A program made the position numbers and the translations under genes. From Clostridia bacterium (GTDB taxonomy: Bacteria; Bacillota; Sulfobacillia; DUSP01), in assembly GCA_012842575.1 (NCBI GenBank), contig DUSP01000144.1, forward strand, positions 1 to 38,474: DNA of 38,474 bases, written 5' to 3'. Below, one piece after another: positions 34,274 to 38,474 of the stretch. The notes beneath the pieces are model-generated. The model ran no database searches and was not told the DNA's origin. It saw nothing but the letters and a program-made list of their open reading frames with translations. Within the stretch, counting starts at the first letter, position 1. Each line of letters starts with the position of its first letter.

Positions 34274-34768
34274 TCAAGCCGTACGACGTCGAAGTACCTC
34301 CGCCGCCTCCTTTATGGCGTCTACTATTTGTTTGTATCCGGTGCACCTACAGAGGTTCCCCGAAATGCCTATCTTGATTTCTTCTTCTGTGGGATCTGGA
34401 TTCGCGTCAAGAAGTGCCTTGGCGCTCATGACCATCCCCGGGGTGCAGAAACCGCACTGGATGGCGTTGTTGCGGACAAAAGCCTCTTGGATCGGATGGA
34501 GTTTTCCGTCCTTCTCCATTCCCTCGATGGTGATGATTTCGCTGCCGTCCGCAGACCCCGCGAGAACCAGGCACGAATTGACGGCTTTTCCGTCCATTAT
34601 CACGGTGCACGCACCGCACTCACCGATACCACAGCCTTCCTTTGTGCCGGTAAGATGAAGGTAGTCCCGAAGAAGGTCCAATAGCCTCGTGTTGGCGGGG
34701 CAGGTGACCGTGACCTTCTTGCCGTTCACCGTGAGGTTGACCTCGATTTCGCGACTTCCTGTATCCAC
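34274..34768 (-). CDS. Xanthine dehydrogenase family 2x[2Fe-2S] subunit
   Basis: GCGIGECGACTV, VNSC, QCGFCTPG, GNLCRCTGY; AGGGGG RBS before GTG 34768. Confidence 0.95.
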   Translation of the reverse strand: MDTGSREIEVNLTVNGKKVTVTCPANTRLLDLLRDYLHLTGTKEGCGIGECGACTVIMDGKAVNSCLVLAGSADGSEIITIEGMEKDGKLHPIQEAFVRNNAIQCGFCTPGMVMSAKALLDANPDPTEEEIKIGISGNLCRCTGYKQIVDAIKEAAEVLRRRTA

Positions 34769-34803
34769 ACTGAGTCCCCCTATCCTACATGCTTGAAGGA
34801 ACC

Positions 34804-35697
34804 TCAACTCACGTTCATAGTCTCTGCCATGGCCCTTTTTGCGGCTTGAACGATGGCCCTGCGCGTCAAGACCTTGATCACCGGGGCCTTGTACTCCGTC
34901 GACCATCTTATCCCGCTTCGACGGATCATCTCCGACGACATGAGTTCCCCCGCCTCGCGGGCAAGATCATCCGTGAGCTTCTGTCCTTTGAGGAGGTCTT
35001 CCACCGCACTCACCCGCGACGGAACGGGCATCACCGAACCGACGGCAATCCGAACATCCTTCATGGTGCCTTCGTCATCTGTCCCGATAAGCGCGGCCAC
35101 GTTCATCCGTGATATACTAAGCGCCTTTCGCCTGCCGAGTTTGATGAAGGAGTGGCCATATCTACCGGCCGGCTTCGGGAACACGATTTCCGTTATGATC
35201 TCGTCGGGCCTAAGCGTCGTACGGTAAGGCGCCGCGAAAACTTCGGCCAAGGGCAACAGTCTTTCTCCCGATGTACTACGAACATTGATGCTCGCGTCCA
35301 GCGTCAAGAGCGGGGGAATGGTATCGGCGGCAGGTGAAGCGTTGGCGATATTCCCCCCTACGGTACCTCTGGCCCGAATCTGAGGTGAACCCACTGTCTT
35401 TGCCGCTTCTGCCAGGATCGGCGCGTATTTACGTGTTACTCTCGACTCCGCAAGGGCCGCGTGGCTGGCGAGCGGACCAATGGCCACCTCGTTCCCCCGG
35501 TCTTCTATGAAGTCGAGATCCCTGATCTTACTTATGTCAAGGACCTTCTCTACGTGTTCCACCCTCTTCGACCTGCTCCGCAAGGCAACTAACAAGTCCG
35601 TGCCGCCCGCTATCACAGCGCATGTCCCGGAATAGGCCGCGAGGGTTTTGCACGCTTCGTCGACGCCGGATGCCCGGAGGTATTCGAATGGCTTCAC
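34804..35697 (-). CDS. Xanthine dehydrogenase family FAD-binding subunit
   Basis: AGGTDL, GSPQIR.RGTVGGNIANASPAAD, F.KLGRRKA. Confidence 0.95.
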   Translation of the reverse strand: MKPFEYLRASGVDEACKTLAAYSGTCAVIAGGTDLLVALRSRSKRVEHVEKVLDISKIRDLDFIEDRGNEVAIGPLASHAALAESRVTRKYAPILAEAAKTVGSPQIRARGTVGGNIANASPAADTIPPLLTLDASINVRSTSGERLLPLAEVFAAPYRTTLRPDEIITEIVFPKPAGRYGHSFIKLGRRKALSISRMNVAALIGTDDEGTMKDVRIAVGSVMPVPSRVSAVEDLLKGQKLTDDLAREAGELMSSEMIRRSGIRWSTEYKAPVIKVLTRRAIVQAAKRAMAETMNVS

Positions 35698-38102
35698 TTG
35701 GAAGCACCTCCTTTGCCCCTCTTTAAGCTTTTGCCGAGGAGCACTCTCTCCAGATTGAGGGGAAGTTCTCTTATGCGCCTACCCGTAGCATCCGCCACGG
35801 CGTTCGCTATGGCCGCAGCCACGCACTCCATGGCCCCTTCCCCGAGACTTTTGGCACGGAATGGGCCTACCGGGTCGTCGCTTTCATAGAGGATGGGCTT
35901 CGCCTCCGGTACGTCCATGGACGTAGGTATGATGTACTCGTCGAAATTCGGGTTTAGGATGTCGCCGTCTGAGAATTCCACTTCTTCCATGATGGCCATC
36001 CCCATGCCCATGGCTATTCCACCGTAAATCTGCCCTTTTGCCAAGGCCGGGTTTATGGCCATGCCTACGTCATGGCCCGCGGTCACCTTGAGGACGTCGA
36101 CCGCCCCGGTCTCCATATCCACTTGTACTTCGGCCACCACGCACGCATAAGCGTACGTCGGAAACGCAGGGCCCTGCCCGGTCGGTCGATCCCAAGGGAG
36201 GTCAGGCGGTATGAACCAGAATAACTTCGACACTTCGCGGCCGCTCCAGAAGGCGCGGTTCGCCACCTCTTTGAACGTTATGGATCTGGACGGGTCGCCC
36301 TTTACGAAAATGATACCTTCAGCGGACGTGAGATCTTCGGGGTCACACTCCAGCATCCTCGCGGCGACCTCGAACAGCGCCTTCTTGACCTCCCTCGCGG
36401 CGCCTAGCATCGCTCTCCCACCTGTAAAGGTGCCGCGGGAAGCCACCGTCATGCCCCCGTCAGGTATCGAGGACGTATCAACGCGCTGGTACACGATGTC
36501 TTCGATCTTTACGCCTAGTTCCTCGGCCACTATCTGGGCATGGGCCGTGGACAACCCCTGCCCGTTGTCCGTCAGCCCGGAGCGGATGAGGACGCTTCCG
36601 TCATCCATTACTGCCACAAAGGCGCCCGTTGCGTCCGGGCTCTCGGCGCCCAGGCCGCAACCCCTGAAGCTCGCCGCCAAACCGATGCCCTTTCTGAGCC
36701 TGCCTTCGGGCGCCCCGGTGCTCTGCGCGGCCTCCTCCCGCTCTTTCCGGTAGCGTTCTCGGACGGCGAAGAAATCGGTTTCGTCCAGGACACGCTTGAT
36801 CAAGTCCACCAGGGGTACCGACTGCCCTTCCAGCTTATGTCCCGTCGCAGTGACCGATCCGGGACGGAAGGCATTCTTGAGCCTCAATTCCACGGGATCC
36901 ATGCCGAGGGCTTCCGCAAGCTCGTCCATAAGCGATTCCTGTCCGAAAATCACCTGCGGAGAACTATAGCCTCGCATGGCGCCCCCATATACCTTGTTCG
37001 TATGAACCGCATACACGTCCACTTTCACGTTGGGTATCTCGTAACACCCCGTCGTATGGACACAGGCTCGCCAGTTCATGAATTGGGCTTGAGAGTTGTA
37101 CGCGCCGCCTTCGTCAACGAGCTCCGCCTCAAAGGCCTGTATCTTCCCGTCGCGCGTGGCCCCGACCTTGTAACGGAGGCGGAAGGGATGTCGCTTTGCG
37201 CTTTCGAGGAATGACTCCTCCCTTGTGTTCACCATTTTGACAGGGCGCCCGGTCTTGACCGCCATGACGGCGGCCCGGCCGCACATAAGTCCCATGACTT
37301 CCTCCTTGCCCCCGAAAGACCCGCCAAGGGTCTGCTGGATCACGTGAACCTTGCCTATCTGGGTCCCAAGGGCGACCGCCACGGCCCTTCTCGTCATGAA
37401 CGGGTTCTGTAATGACCCGTAAACGGTGACGGAACCGTCGACGGGATTGGGCACCACGACGGCGGCTTCCGGTTCTATATAGGCGTGCTCGATATATTGG
37501 GTCCTATACTCGCGCTCGATGATCACGTCGCTCTTAGCGAAACCCTCTTCCACATTGCCCTTACGGACGGGCCAGTGCGTATTGCGAACGATATTTCCCG
37601 GGGCATAATCCTGTACCTGTAAAGCCCCCTCCGCCAGTGCTTCCTCTATGCTATACACCCCGGGCAGCGGTTCGTACTCGACCTTGATGGCTCTGATCGC
37701 CTCTTCCGCTATTTGGGGGGTTTCGGCGGCCACCATGGCTATGGCGTCCCCGGTGTAACGCACCTCGTCACCGGCCAAAAAAAGGTAGGTGGACCAGGAT
37801 TGCTCGCCGGGGAGGTCCTTGGCTGTTAACACACAATATACACCCGGCATGGCCTCCGCGGCGGACGTATCCACCGAAAGGATTCTGGCATGGGAATACC
37901 GGCTCCTGAGCACCTTGCCATAAAGCATATTGGGAAAATAGATGTCGGCGGCGTACTTGGCCCGGCCCGTGACTTTCTCGTACGCGTCCACGCGAGGTAC
38001 GGGTTTGTTCACCACACAATACCGACCATCAGAGCGTTGACCTTCGGGTATAGCTTCGCCCGGCATTTGAGATACGACAGGCTCTCGATCGCAAGACTTC
38101 AT
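35694..38102 (-). CDS. Xanthine dehydrogenase family molybdopterin-binding subunit
   Basis: RVDAYEKVTG.AKYAAD, EHAYIEPE, GGSFGGK, AMRGYSSPQ, GQG, ASRGT, GQIYGG, KSLGE. Start uncertain (38102-38183). Confidence 0.94.
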   Translation of the reverse strand: MKSCDREPVVSQMPGEAIPEGQRSDGRYCVVNKPVPRVDAYEKVTGRAKYAADIYFPNMLYGKVLRSRYSHARILSVDTSAAEAMPGVYCVLTAKDLPGEQSWSTYLFLAGDEVRYTGDAIAMVAAETPQIAEEAIRAIKVEYEPLPGVYSIEEALAEGALQVQDYAPGNIVRNTHWPVRKGNVEEGFAKSDVIIEREYRTQYIEHAYIEPEAAVVVPNPVDGSVTVYGSLQNPFMTRRAVAVALGTQIGKVHVIQQTLGGSFGGKEEVMGLMCGRAAVMAVKTGRPVKMVNTREESFLESAKRHPFRLRYKVGATRDGKIQAFEAELVDEGGAYNSQAQFMNWRACVHTTGCYEIPNVKVDVYAVHTNKVYGGAMRGYSSPQVIFGQESLMDELAEALGMDPVELRLKNAFRPGSVTATGHKLEGQSVPLVDLIKRVLDETDFFAVRERYRKEREEAAQSTGAPEGRLRKGIGLAASFRGCGLGAESPDATGAFVAVMDDGSVLIRSGLTDNGQGLSTAHAQIVAEELGVKIEDIVYQRVDTSSIPDGGMTVASRGTFTGGRAMLGAAREVKKALFEVAARMLECDPEDLTSAEGIIFVKGDPSRSITFKEVANRAFWSGREVSKLFWFIPPDLPWDRPTGQGPAFPTYAYACVVAEVQVDMETGAVDVLKVTAGHDVGMAINPALAKGQIYGGIAMGMGMAIMEEVEFSDGDILNPNFDEYIIPTSMDVPEAKPILYESDDPVGPFRAKSLGEGAMECVAAAIANAVADATGRRIRELPLNLERVLLGKSLKRGKGGASK

Positions 38103-38188
38103 AGCTTCAGCGGTAATAACGGCGCCACCTTGCAAAGCATGCACCTCCGAATAGAAGTCGATCATACAATGAGGCGGGGGCACGGTCA

Positions 38189-38260
38189 GTGATTACGAAA
38201 GTGATTACAAAAGCGATCACAAAAGCGAAGCGATTACTAAATCAAAGTGATTGCCAAAGC
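38189..38260. repeat. Degenerate 12-bp tandem repeat upstream of the XDH operon
   Basis: GTGATTACGAAA GTGATTACAAAA GCGATCACAAAA ... GCGATTACTAAA ... GTGATTGCCAAA. Confidence 0.85.
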
Positions 38261-38474
38261 TTGTTGAACGTTCGCACCCTCGTTCACCCATTGCTTGCAG
38301 AGCTCACAGACCTCATAGAGCATACAGGGAATTCGACATATGTCCATTATAGTCCTTCTACAATGAAGTGTAATTTAACATTCGCCGCTATATCGCTTTA
38401 TCCCTTCTCGGCGACCTGAAGACACCAGACTACATGGTATTTGCAAGAATACGCGATATTGTCGTTGGACTTAA

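Noticed and set aside
38242-38257. Sigma54 promoter for the XDH operon (TGGCAATCACTTTGAT, minus strand)
   Set aside because: The conserved -12 GC is GA and the match lies inside the 12-bp repeat.
38189-38419. 76-aa plus-strand ORF MITKVITKAITK...
   Set aside because: Produced by the 12-bp repeat; no RBS or recognisable domain.

Overview
A 38.5-kb chromosomal window from a moderately GC-rich, spore-forming Bacillota (Firmicutes) bacterium. The lineage is inferred from T-box riboswitches, a SPOCS coat protein and sigmaK-like promoters. Left to right: a P-type ATPase running off the left edge, a GH18 hydrolase, an aldo/keto reductase, a D-amino-acid aminotransferase-like gene, an SDR, an APC permease, and ilvBN under an Ile T-box. 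Next come a c-di-GMP-I riboswitch ahead of a secreted PPEP-like zinc protease, a complete class IIC group II intron inserted just after a terminator, a CAP-domain protein and a SipL-like coat protein ending in SH3b. These are followed by a DUF1257-like / 25-bp repeat array / DUF2997-like / small 'CG' protein / Ycf46-like AAA ATPase / NifU module, an AIR-synthase-like gene, aroF under a Phe T-box, a Spy/CpxP-like gene with an OmpR-type two-component system, and a COG2403 (ArcE-like) gene. The right end holds a xanthine-dehydrogenase-family operon with an SSS transporter and a DUF362 protein. Best candidates for undescribed biology: the AAA module with its repeat array, the riboswitch-protease-CAP neighbourhood, and a window-wide tendency toward in-frame loop insertions and local tandem duplications. 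All family calls come from motif recognition by eye; no database searches were run.
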